NCBI GenBank assembly: GCA_964581105.1
Contig: CAZOMB010000004.1
Coordinates: forward strand, 672 to 64,671
Direction of reading: 5' to 3'
DNA from: Candidatus Micrarchaeota archaeon
Lineage (GTDB): Archaea; Micrarchaeota; Micrarchaeia; Anstonellales; Anstonellaceae
DNA: 64,000 nucleotides
The notes below the pieces were generated by a model that saw nothing but the letters and a program-made list of their open reading frames with translations, was not told the DNA's origin and did not search any database. Made by a program: the position numbers and the translations under genes. Positions 9,750 to 18,526 of the stretch are shown here, in pieces (positions within the stretch are counted from its first letter, which is position 1; each line of letters begins with the position of its first letter).

Positions 9750-10736
9750 CTAATTGAATATCCCACTGTATAGGATAATCACAAGCAAAGCACATAATCC
9801 TTGTGCTACAATGAATGTAAGCACCAGTTTTTGCTCAGAAACTCCATTGTAAGCTTTCATGACAAGCTGGGCAGCCCCCCTTACTTTCCCTCCAGGCGCA
9901 TAAAGCTTTCCATTCTTTAGCCTTCCCCACCAGTTCTTGCTTGGGAAGCGGTTCCATGCTTTGATTGCAAAGTCAATTAAGTAAGGGATTACAAGTATTG
10001 CGCCAGCAGCCTCAAGGTTTCCTATTATGACTGTTGCTGCAAGGCTTGTGCCAATTGCAAGAGTTCCGATGTCACCCATGAAAACCTTTGCAGGGAACCA
10101 GTTGAAGCGCAAAAAAGCCAGCAAAGCGCCGAGCATTGCAGCAGAGAAAATTGCCATTTCAACTGAGCCGTTTGCAAGGGAAAGCAAGAGCGTTGCAGCA
10201 AAAATCACTGCCCCCATGCCTGCCTCCATTCCATTAAAGCCTGCCAGCATGTTTGTAAGGTTGGCAGAAACAGTGACCCCAAGCGGTATTAGCACAACAA
10301 TGTAAATTATGCCAAAGTCAACAAGCCCAATAAACGGTATGCTTATTGCAGTGCTTCCTGCAGCTGAAACCGCAACCAAAGGAAGGGCAGCAACCATTGG
10401 CAAAATTGTTTTCACATCCTTTCTCATTGTAAAAAGGTCGTCAAAAGTCCCGATAAGTGCAACAATCATTATTGTGAGCATTGCTGCAAGGACTTCAATC
10501 AGCTCAAACTCATAGCAAAAAAAGGTGTTAAATGCTATTGCAAGCAAAAGAGCCGCAATTACTCCCATTATTATGCCAAGCCCTCCCATTTCAGCTGCAG
10601 AGGGCCTGTTCCTTTTGTTGACATCCCTGCCAGTCATGCCTGCTGCAAAAAGTTTTCTTATCAAAAAAGGCATTGAAAGCAGAGTAACAGCAAGTGAGGC
10701 AAGGAAAATTGCTGCAACAAACTGCAAATCAGCCAT
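9750..10736 (-). CDS. UDP-GlcNAc:dolichyl-phosphate GlcNAc-1-P transferase-like (MraY/WecA/AglH family)
   Basis: It is a polytopic membrane protein carrying FDDLFTM and NMLAGFNGMEAGMG, which resemble the conserved cytoplasmic-loop motifs of the MraY/WecA/AglH polyprenyl-phosphate hexose-1-P transferases. Confidence 0.75.
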   Translation of the reverse strand: MADLQFVAAIFLASLAVTLLSMPFLIRKLFAAGMTGRDVNKRNRPSAAEMGGLGIIMGVIAALLLAIAFNTFFCYEFELIEVLAAMLTIMIVALIGTFDDLFTMRKDVKTILPMVAALPLVAVSAAGSTAISIPFIGLVDFGIIYIVVLIPLGVTVSANLTNMLAGFNGMEAGMGAVIFAATLLLSLANGSVEMAIFSAAMLGALLAFLRFNWFPAKVFMGDIGTLAIGTSLAATVIIGNLEAAGAILVIPYLIDFAIKAWNRFPSKNWWGRLKNGKLYAPGGKVRGAAQLVMKAYNGVSEQKLVLTFIVAQGLCALLVIILYSGIFN

Positions 10737-12460
10737 TATTCCACCCGGTAAACTGACACATCCCCAAATTCTGATACAAGTTCCATGCTAGAATCCTCTC
10801 CTGCATATATGCTAATAAAGTGGGGCGGCACTGTTCCTGAACCAAGCACAACAAGCCTGTTGCCTTTTTCCCAGTATGCCTTTTCTGAAGAGAGCATAAT
10901 CATGCTTGGGATTGGGATTGATGCATATGCCCTTCCAAATGAGTCAAGCGCAACTCCGTCTGAAAGCGCAAAAGAGCCGTCAACAGCAATTTCGCGCGAC
11001 ACAATCCTGCCTGACTTGGAAACAAAAAACGCAAACTCAGCCTCCTGGTTTGTGTAATTTCCCGCATAGGCATATGTTTCAAAACCAGTGTCTGCGCTTG
11101 ACATTCCATCAATCTCTGATGCAGAAACAATGGCATGGCTTTGCGCCTTTAGGTTTGGCTTGCCTGAAATAAGGTAAGATGAAAACCCCTGTTCACTGTT
11201 GAATTTGGCTGATGGAATGTAAAAGCCTGCAGCGTCCTGCCTGTCAAGCATGCTCAGGCTCTGAACTTTTTCATTTGAAAGGGAAAGCAGCGCATCTGTC
11301 AGGTCTTTGCCAGCATAAACAGGGTAAAACTCTTTTTGAGGCGGGAGCTGGTAAAAAACAGAGAAAAACAGGGAAAATGAAACAATGGCAAGGGCAAGCA
11401 ACGGGAAAAAGAATTTTGCATTGAGGCTGTAAAAGTGCATTACCAAAGGAGCAAGCACTGCTGTGACAGCTGCTATTGCAAGGGCCTGCTGCGCCTGGGC
11501 AGCAAGGCTTGCAATCCCTGCAATTGCAAAAAAGGAAAGTAAATAAGAGCCAATAAGGTATGCTGATTTTGGAAGATTTGAAGAACATGCCTTTGAAATC
11601 CCTTCTGCAGCTGCAAGCACAAGAAGCAATGCTCCAGCAAGAGGCAAAAAGCCTGAAACTATTATGCCTGCTGCAAAAAGGAGCAAATACTCGATTCGCG
11701 AACCAGAAAAAAAGAAAAATGCCGCGCAAACAGAGGCTGCTGCAAGCAAAAATGGAACAAGGACCAGGGATGACTGCAAAGTTTGGATGCTGAAAAACGG
11801 CAATGCCTCTGAAGAGAAAAATGCACCTGCGGCAAATGCAATGAAAACAATTGCAAAGCCGGCAATTTTTTCCCTTTTTCCCTTAAAATCAGGAACAGCA
11901 AATGCTATTGCAACTGCCATGCCTGCAAGCGCAAATGCTGCGTTTGTAAATGAAGCTAAAGCAGCAAAAATTATGCAAATGGCAAGCTGCAGGATATTGT
12001 TAGTCTTGATAAACCTGCAAAAGAAAAACAGGAATGCAGAGAAAAACAGTGCTGCAAGCTGGGCGCTTGAGTAAACCCCTGGCAAAAATGACAGTGACAC
12101 CAATGAAAATGCAAAGAGAATGGATGAAAATACTGAAATTCTTGTGCCAAACCCAAGAGAGAGCAGGGAAAAGTAAAGCAAAACTGCTGCCAAGCCAAGA
12201 GCAATTGAAGGGAAAACCAAAAGAAATGCTGCTATTGTTTCTGGCGAGGAGGCTGGCGTTCCTGAAACTGCTGCAAAAAGAGATTCAGCTGAGGCTGCGG
12301 CCTGTATGTAAAATGGCGCGCTTTCCCCTTGCAACGAATTGTAAATCTGCGTTGCAGCAGAAAACTGGGGCAACGTGCTTTTTTCCGGAAAGTGCCATAC
12401 CCCTAATGCTGCAAAAAAAACAATTAGCACTGCCAAAACTTGCTCTTTTTGAAATTCCAT
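10736..12460 (-). CDS. GT-C fold membrane glycosyltransferase (ArnT/PMT_2-like), putative
   Basis: It is a 574-aa protein with more than 10 TM helices. I found no WWDYG, so it is probably not AglB/STT3. It sits next to the AglH-like gene. Confidence 0.45.
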   Translation of the reverse strand: MEFQKEQVLAVLIVFFAALGVWHFPEKSTLPQFSAATQIYNSLQGESAPFYIQAAASAESLFAAVSGTPASSPETIAAFLLVFPSIALGLAAVLLYFSLLSLGFGTRISVFSSILFAFSLVSLSFLPGVYSSAQLAALFFSAFLFFFCRFIKTNNILQLAICIIFAALASFTNAAFALAGMAVAIAFAVPDFKGKREKIAGFAIVFIAFAAGAFFSSEALPFFSIQTLQSSLVLVPFLLAAASVCAAFFFFSGSRIEYLLLFAAGIIVSGFLPLAGALLLVLAAAEGISKACSSNLPKSAYLIGSYLLSFFAIAGIASLAAQAQQALAIAAVTAVLAPLVMHFYSLNAKFFFPLLALAIVSFSLFFSVFYQLPPQKEFYPVYAGKDLTDALLSLSNEKVQSLSMLDRQDAAGFYIPSAKFNSEQGFSSYLISGKPNLKAQSHAIVSASEIDGMSSADTGFETYAYAGNYTNQEAEFAFFVSKSGRIVSREIAVDGSFALSDGVALDSFGRAYASIPIPSMIMLSSEKAYWEKGNRLVVLGSGTVPPHFISIYAGEDSSMELVSEFGDVSVYRVE

Positions 12461-12464
12461 AAGC

Positions 12465-13727
12465 CTAACCCTGCATTTGCTTTAATATTTCTTGCGCCCT
12501 TTTGATTGATATCTGCTTTTCTTGTGCCATTTTTGCTGCAACTTTGTCCACCTGCTTTGCTTTTGCTCCTGCTGCAATTGCAATGTTTCTTGCATGAAGC
12601 GCCATGTGCCCCTTTTGTATTCCTTCTGCTGAAAGCGCCCTCACTGCAGCAAAATTCTGAGCAAGCCCGACTGACGCAATCACACAGGCAAGCTCTTGCG
12701 CTGACTTTACATTGAGGATTGATAGGGCTGCCTGTGCTGATGCAAGAGACTTTGTTGCGCCTCCAATTGTTGCAACTGCAAGAGGAAGCTCTATTTGCCC
12801 TTGCAAATCGCCGTTGTCAAGCTTTTTGTATGTTGTGAGAGAGCCATACTTTCCTTTTATTGCAGCATATGCATGTGCGCCTGCCTCAACTGCCCTCCAG
12901 TCATTGCCAGTTGCAACACATATTGCATCAATGCCATTCATTGCCCCTTTGTTATGGGTGCATGCCCTGAATTTGTCAGCATCTGCAAATGCCCATGCAT
13001 CCAAAATGCCCTCAACAGCGTCTTTTCCAATTGTTTCGCCTTTCCATACTGCTGTTGCTTTTGCAAGCCTCATTGTAGCAAGGTTTGTGATTATCCTAAG
13101 CCTTGCCTTTGCATTGCAAATCTTTTCTATGAATGGCGAAATCCCCTCAAGAATAGTATTCACAGTATTTGCGCCCATTGAGTCTTTTACATCAACATGC
13201 AAATGAGCAACAACCATTTTGCCCCTTTTGGTATGAATTGCCCTTGCCTCAAAGCCCCTCAATCCTCCCCCATAGCTTGCAATATTTGCAGCAAAAGGCT
13301 CTGCTTGCTTTAATATTTGCTCTTTTTTCAAGTTAAGCTCTTTTGCAGCCTGATTAGCATCCTCAAGGCCAACAATCTGTATCTGGCCAGTCATAATTGG
13401 CTTGTCAGCTGTTGCAACAAACCCACCTGTGTCCCTGCACAGCTTTGCAGCATAAGAGGCTGCTGCAACAACTGACGGCTCTTCTATTGCCATTGGAATT
13501 AGCATTTCTTTTTTGTTCACAATAAAATTTGTTGCAACTGAAAAAGGAAGGCAATGGAATGCTATGGCATTTTCAGTCATCCTGTCTGCAATCTGAAAGT
13601 CAAGAGGGTTGTTTGCCTCAAGAACTTTTCTTTGCTCAGCTGAAAGAGAGGCAAAGTCAGATACTGCCGCTAATCTCTTTTGCCTGTCAAGCTTGTAAAA
13701 GCCGGGCATTGCAGAAGTTTTTGCCAT
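12465..13727 (-). CDS. hmgA: Hydroxymethylglutaryl-CoA reductase (class II-like, about 420 aa)
   Basis: ENAIAFHCLPFSVATNF, DSMGANTVNT and GTIGG-like motifs identify HMG-CoA reductase. The likely start is the Met at 13727, which avoids overlap with the upstream gene. Confidence 0.9.
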   Translation of the reverse strand: MAKTSAMPGFYKLDRQKRLAAVSDFASLSAEQRKVLEANNPLDFQIADRMTENAIAFHCLPFSVATNFIVNKKEMLIPMAIEEPSVVAAASYAAKLCRDTGGFVATADKPIMTGQIQIVGLEDANQAAKELNLKKEQILKQAEPFAANIASYGGGLRGFEARAIHTKRGKMVVAHLHVDVKDSMGANTVNTILEGISPFIEKICNAKARLRIITNLATMRLAKATAVWKGETIGKDAVEGILDAWAFADADKFRACTHNKGAMNGIDAICVATGNDWRAVEAGAHAYAAIKGKYGSLTTYKKLDNGDLQGQIELPLAVATIGGATKSLASAQAALSILNVKSAQELACVIASVGLAQNFAAVRALSAEGIQKGHMALHARNIAIAAGAKAKQVDKVAAKMAQEKQISIKRAQEILKQMQG

Positions 13728-13731
13728 AAAC

Positions 13732-14589
13732 TCACTTTTTGTTTGCCTCAATATAAGAAATCAGCTTGTAAACAAGCTTTGCTGCAGCAAAATCTGACAA
13801 AATGCTGCCAGGAATTGGGCAAAGCTCAACAACATCAAACCCAACAACCTGCCTTTTGCTTGAAACCTGCTTTAACAGACCAAGAACCTGCTGCCATTGC
13901 AATCCACCAGGCTCAGGAGTGCCTACTCCTGGCACAACTGAGGGGTCAAATGCATCCAAGTCAATTGTAATGTATACTTTTTTCTTTAGCTTTTCTATTA
14001 CTTTTGCTTCATCAAAATCAATGCCAAAAACATCCAATACCTTTTCCTTTATCTCCTGCCCCTCTTCCTCTGAAAAGCTGCGAACCCCGACTGAAACTGC
14101 ATGAAGCTTTTCCCTGCACCTTCCCATAACGCAGGCATGGCTGTATTTTGTGCCATCATACTCTTTTCTCATGTCTGCGTGCGCATCAATGTGAAGAACT
14201 GAAATCTCCTTGTCCTTTTCTGCAAATGCTTCAAATGCTCCTATTGAAACAGAATGCTCGCCCCCTAAAAGAACAGGGATTTTGCCCTCACTTAGGACTG
14301 CTTTGACTGCTTGCTTTACATATTCACAGTTTTTTTCAGCAGAGCCTCTGTTTACTTCAAGCTCATCAGCAGTATAAATGCCAGCTTCTGAAAAATCTGC
14401 CTTTAAGTCAGTGTTCCATGTCTCAACCTGGTGTGATGCCTGCATTATTGCCTCAGGCCCATGCCTTGTGCCAGTTCTGTAAGAGCATGTTGAGTCATAA
14501 GGGCATGAAAGGACAACATATTTTGCCTTTTGCAGATTATTGTCCATGCCAAGAAATGTTCTAGGAAGGCCAATATGCTCTATGTCCAT
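13732..14589 (-). CDS. Agmatinase/arginase-family ureohydrolase
   Basis: GGEHSVSIG, HIDAHADM and SIDLDAFDPSVVPGVGTPEPGG are the Mn-binding motifs of the ureohydrolase family. Confidence 0.85.
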   Translation of the reverse strand: MDIEHIGLPRTFLGMDNNLQKAKYVVLSCPYDSTCSYRTGTRHGPEAIMQASHQVETWNTDLKADFSEAGIYTADELEVNRGSAEKNCEYVKQAVKAVLSEGKIPVLLGGEHSVSIGAFEAFAEKDKEISVLHIDAHADMRKEYDGTKYSHACVMGRCREKLHAVSVGVRSFSEEEGQEIKEKVLDVFGIDFDEAKVIEKLKKKVYITIDLDAFDPSVVPGVGTPEPGGLQWQQVLGLLKQVSSKRQVVGFDVVELCPIPGSILSDFAAAKLVYKLISYIEANKK

Positions 14590-14609
14590 GCTTTTCACCA
14601 TCCACACAA

Positions 14610-15530
14610 TTGGGAAAAAAAAGGGAAAACAGTGCTTTTAAAGCCACCGCTTCTATAATTTGGAATATGGGAAAACTGTTTGCATATGCAAGGCTTTTTC
14701 GGATAGAGCATGCTGTTCTTCTGGCAGTTGCAGTGCTGCTCTCTGAAGCACTGGTATCAAATGCCTATGAGATTCCTTTTCCTGCACTCTCAATTGTCTT
14801 GCTCTCATTGGCAGTGCCTGTATTCATAGAAATGGCTTCATTTTCTTTGAACGATTATCTTGACATAAAATCAGACAAGGAGAACAAGAGAAATGACCGG
14901 CCCCTTGTAACAGGGCAGATAAGCCCGAAGAATGCCATTTATGCCTCAGGGGCATTTTATTTGCTTGGCATTTTAGCTGCAGTTCCATTGCCAGCAGCAG
15001 CACTTTTCATAGCCATTGTTTTTGCAGCACTATCAATTGCCTATAACTACAAGCTCAAGGAAATGCCCCTTATAGGCAACCTTTACATTGCCTTATCAAT
15101 GGCAATCCCATTCATATTTGGGAACCTCGTAGTGTCTGACTCTATTTACCTGCCCTTGCTTGCAATTGCAGGAGTTGCACTTGTGGCAGGGCTTGGAAGA
15201 GAAATAATAAAGTCAGCAGAGGATGTGAAAGGGGATGTTTTGCACAGGAAAGCAAAAACATTGCCAGCGATAATTGGAACAAAGAGCTCTTGCTATGCTG
15301 CTGTAGCCTGCTATTTTGTTCTTGTGCCTATTTGCCTGCTTCCTTTCTCATATGGACTGCCAATAAACATTTTAGCAGCTGGCCTTGTGCTTCTTTCAGC
15401 AATCTCATTTGCAGCAATTGGCATAATGATTGCAAAAAGCCATGAGCAGAAAACCCTTAAGGCAGCAAGAAAAGCCTCATTGCTTGGCCTTGCAGTTGGC
15501 CTTGCAGGCTATGCTGCAAGCCTGATTTAA
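14610..15530 (+). CDS. UbiA-family prenyltransferase (digeranylgeranylglyceryl phosphate synthase-like)
   Basis: It is a polytopic membrane protein with NDYLDIKSDKENKRNDRP, the UbiA Asp-rich motif. It is adjacent to hmgA. The start may instead be the internal Met at 14667. Confidence 0.7.
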   Translation: MGKKRENSAFKATASIIWNMGKLFAYARLFRIEHAVLLAVAVLLSEALVSNAYEIPFPALSIVLLSLAVPVFIEMASFSLNDYLDIKSDKENKRNDRPLVTGQISPKNAIYASGAFYLLGILAAVPLPAAALFIAIVFAALSIAYNYKLKEMPLIGNLYIALSMAIPFIFGNLVVSDSIYLPLLAIAGVALVAGLGREIIKSAEDVKGDVLHRKAKTLPAIIGTKSSCYAAVACYFVLVPICLLPFSYGLPINILAAGLVLLSAISFAAIGIMIAKSHEQKTLKAARKASLLGLAVGLAGYAASLI

Positions 15531-15538
15531 TTCCTGCG

Positions 15539-16417
15539 TTACTTTTTCCTTATCTGCTCAAAAATCTCATCAGTGCTTATCTGTTCCTCAAAATCAGCCT
15601 GCTTCTTCTTTGATGCGCCAAAATACCAGTGCGGGTATTTCTTTATTCTCATAAGAATGAATGCAGCATAGGTAATAGCAAGGAAAAGAGGTAAAAGAAG
15701 GCTGGGAAATGCTGAGACAAAAGGCTGGAGAAAAACTGAGAGCAAGAGGGATGCGATGTAAACCAAGCCGATGCAGACTATTGCTATAAAACCAAATATC
15801 ATGTCATCTTTGCCTTTAGAGGTCCTAATTCTCGAGGCAATAGAACTGCCTATGAAAAGAGATGCAAAAAGCCTGAAAAAGTCTACTCCCTCAATATCAG
15901 AAATGTGCAACGCAAGGAAAGAAAAAATGAACAGCACTATAAAGCCTGAAAGGCTGGCTGAAATAAGCCTGTCTGCATATTTGTTCCACATGCTCCCTCC
16001 TGTGAAGAGATTCACGCTTGAACGGGGATTTTTAGCCACTTGGTAAAGTGAAACAATGAAAACAATTGCCCCTATAGGAGACAAAAGGTTTGTTCTTGTA
16101 GGCTCATCAAAGCCCCAATACATACTTGCCACAAGAGCAACCGATATAAGGAAAATTACAAAAACAAAGCCACTCAAAACCAGTCCAAAAAGGGCAGTCA
16201 CAGGCGAGCGCTTGTTTATGCTTTGTGCAATCCCGTTCAAAAAATAAACCAGAACCAAAAGGCCTAGTGCAATCACTGAAATTGAGACATAGGTGAAAAT
16301 AGGCATTGCGGTAAAGCTTGCAATGCCCAAATCCCCTGCGGCTGCTGCGTAGATTGAAAGAAGCGCCAAAATCCCAAGATAGGCAAGCTCCCATGAAAAG
16401 CGCTTTTGATTTACCAC
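15539..16417 (-). CDS. Integral membrane protein, unknown function
   Basis: It is a 292-aa protein with about 8 hydrophobic helices. Confidence 0.4.
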   Translation of the reverse strand: MVNQKRFSWELAYLGILALLSIYAAAAGDLGIASFTAMPIFTYVSISVIALGLLVLVYFLNGIAQSINKRSPVTALFGLVLSGFVFVIFLISVALVASMYWGFDEPTRTNLLSPIGAIVFIVSLYQVAKNPRSSVNLFTGGSMWNKYADRLISASLSGFIVLFIFSFLALHISDIEGVDFFRLFASLFIGSSIASRIRTSKGKDDMIFGFIAIVCIGLVYIASLLLSVFLQPFVSAFPSLLLPLFLAITYAAFILMRIKKYPHWYFGASKKKQADFEEQISTDEIFEQIRKK

Positions 16418-16479
16418 AAGCTGAAATAAGCCTGATTTGGTTTTAAAGATTTGCTACAAATTGTCAAACTGGTGGGAGA

Positions 16480-17349
16480 ATGCAGGTAATTACCAACACA
16501 GACCTGAAGCTCAAGCCATTTTCAAGAGGAAAAGTGAGGGAAACCTATGAGCTTGAGGATGGCAGCCTTCTCATGGTTGCAACTGACAGGCTCTCAGCAT
16601 TTGACGTTGTTTTTTCAGAAGGAATACCATACAAAGGAAAAGTGCTTACAGAGCTTTCCTTGTTCTGGTTCGAGAAACTCAAGGGCATTGTTGAGAATCA
16701 CCTTGTTTCATCAAATGTCCCAGAAGGATTGGCTGATTATCTTCAAGGAAGGAGCATGGTGGTGAAAAAGGCTGCGCCAATTATGCTTGAGTGCGTTGTT
16801 CGGGGCTATTTGGCAGGCTCTGGGCTAAAGGAGTACAATAAAAAAGGAACGGTTTGCGGCATAAAACTGCCTGCAGGGCTTCAAAACTCAAGCAAGCTGC
16901 CAGAGCCTATTTTTACCCCAAGCTCAAAAGCCACTGAAGGCCATGACATTAATTTGACTGAAGAGCAGGCAAAAAAAGAAGTAGGGGAAGAAACCTATGA
17001 AAAGCTAAAGCAACTGTCACTTAAAATCTACTCGACAGCAGCTGACTATGCAAAAGAAAAGGGGATAATTTTGGCAGACACAAAGTTTGAGTTTGGCATG
17101 CATGAGGATAAAATAATTTTGATTGATGAAGTATTGACTCCTGACTCAAGCAGGTATTGGCCTGCAAAAGAATATGAGGTTGGGAAAAACCAGCCTTCAT
17201 TTGACAAGCAGATTGTAAGGGATTATCTTGAAGGAACAGGTTGGAACAAATTGCCCCCAGCCCCAGCCCTTCCAAAAGAGGTAATAGAGAAAACTTCTAA
17301 AAAATACATGGAGGTTTATGAGCTTTTAACAGGAAAGAAATTTGAGTGA
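16480..17349 (+). CDS. purC: Phosphoribosylaminoimidazole-succinocarboxamide (SAICAR) synthase
   Basis: RGKVRETYELEDGSLLMVATDRLSAFD is the N-terminal PurC signature. Confidence 0.9.
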   Translation: MQVITNTDLKLKPFSRGKVRETYELEDGSLLMVATDRLSAFDVVFSEGIPYKGKVLTELSLFWFEKLKGIVENHLVSSNVPEGLADYLQGRSMVVKKAAPIMLECVVRGYLAGSGLKEYNKKGTVCGIKLPAGLQNSSKLPEPIFTPSSKATEGHDINLTEEQAKKEVGEETYEKLKQLSLKIYSTAADYAKEKGIILADTKFEFGMHEDKIILIDEVLTPDSSRYWPAKEYEVGKNQPSFDKQIVRDYLEGTGWNKLPPAPALPKEVIEKTSKKYMEVYELLTGKKFE

Positions 17350-17358
17350 GGTGTTTTT

Positions 17359-17784
17359 ATGGAACAAGTATTGATTTTGCTTGGGAGTAAATCAGATATG
17401 CCAATAGCAGAAAAAACAAAGCAAAAGCTTGACGAGCTTGGCATAGAAAATAAAGTTGAAATTGCCTCTGCGCACAGGACACCTGACTTGCTTGAAAAGC
17501 TGATTAAGCAAAGCAACGCAAAAGTGTTTATTGGAATAGCCGGGCTTTCGGCTGCTTTGCCAGGGGCAATAGCCTCAAAAACCAGCAAGCCAGTAATAGG
17601 AGTGCCTGTGAATGTGAAATTAGATGGGCTTGACGCTCTTCTTTCCACAATGCAAATGCCCCCAGGAGTGCCGGTTGCAACAGTGGGGATTGACAATGGA
17701 AAGAATGCAGCAATTTTAGCTGCCAGGATTCTTGCCCTGACCGACAAAAAGCTTGCTGAAAAGCTGACAACAACCCACGCCTAA
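17359..17784 (+). CDS. purE: N5-CAIR mutase / AIR carboxylase catalytic subunit
   Basis: [14 protein letters not shown]...[12 protein letters not shown] is the PurE signature. Confidence 0.9.
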   Translation: MEQVLILLGSKSDMPIAEKTKQKLDELGIENKVEIASAHRTPDLLEKLIKQSNAKVFIGIAGLSAALPGAIASKTSKPVIGVPVNVKLDGLDALLSTMQMPPGVPVATVGIDNGKNAAILAARILALTDKKLAEKLTTTHA

Positions 17785-17795
17785 AGGCGTGGGCT
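17775..17795 (+). terminator. Perfect 8-bp stem-loop (CCCACGCC-TAAA-GGCGTGGG) at the purE stop, the first of several hairpins followed by an oligo-T run
   Basis: The inverted repeat is visible directly. A T-rich tract lies at 17933-17950. Confidence 0.35.
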
Positions 17796-17939
17796 TAATT
17801 GTGCATTGAATGATAATGGGACATTCACGCCTTTACCCCCCTCTTTCTGCTTGCGGCAGAAAGGGGTGCACTGTTCGGTGCGCCGAACAGTTGCGCTGCA
17901 TAAAAGCAGGGGCTTCGGGCGTGGGTTGTTGGTGATTTT

Positions 17940-18503
17940 TTGTTTTTCCCTGAAATTCTCAAAAAGTGCAAAAGAGGCCCGCAAGTGGTCCTGCCAAAAG
18001 ACATAGGGGTAATACTTGCTTTTTCAGGTGTTGGGAAAAATTCCCTTGTAATTGATGCGGGGGCAGGGTCTGGCTGGCTTGCAATAGCACTTGCAAACAC
18101 TGCAAAAAAGGTTGTCACTTATGAGTGGAGAGAGGAGTTTGCCTCTCTTTGCGAAAAAAATGCAAAGCGCGCTGGTGTTGAAAAGACCCTTTTAGTGAAA
18201 AGAAAGGATGCTTTTAAGGGATTTGAAGAAAAAAATGCTGATTTGGTCACTCTTGACATGGCAGATTCTGACAAACTGGTAAAACATGCATACAAAGCAC
18301 TGAAAAAAGGAGGCATGGTATTTGGCTATTTGCCGCATGTCGGGCAGGCGCAAAGGTTTTTTTCTGCATGCGAAAAGTCTGGGTTTGAAAAAATACATAT
18401 GGTTGAAAGCATTATGAGAAACTATCTTGTAAGAGATGTTGGAATAAGGCCTGAAAACACTGGGCTTACTCATACAGCTTATATTGTTTTTGCAGCAAAG
18501 TAA
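17940..18503 (+). CDS. SAM-dependent methyltransferase, tRNA (m1A) methyltransferase TrmI/Gcd14-like
   Basis: VIDAGAGSGWLAIALA is SAM-binding motif I. The overall layout resembles TrmI (COG2519). Confidence 0.65.
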   Translation: MFFPEILKKCKRGPQVVLPKDIGVILAFSGVGKNSLVIDAGAGSGWLAIALANTAKKVVTYEWREEFASLCEKNAKRAGVEKTLLVKRKDAFKGFEEKNADLVTLDMADSDKLVKHAYKALKKGGMVFGYLPHVGQAQRFFSACEKSGFEKIHMVESIMRNYLVRDVGIRPENTGLTHTAYIVFAAK

Positions 18504-18526
18504 ACAAAACACTTGGAGGTGTATAA

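Noticed and set aside
10736-12460. Oligosaccharyltransferase AglB/STT3 call for the 574-aa GT-C protein
   Set aside because: There is no WWDYG or DK/MI motif and it is too short. I downgraded it to a generic ArnT/PMT-like GT-C glycosyltransferase.
17775-17930. Possible tRNA or C/D-box sRNA in the purE-downstream structured region
   Set aside because: No cloverleaf can be drawn: there is no T-loop and no acceptor pairing. No RUGAUGA/CUGA box pair is present. I kept it only as a generic structured element.
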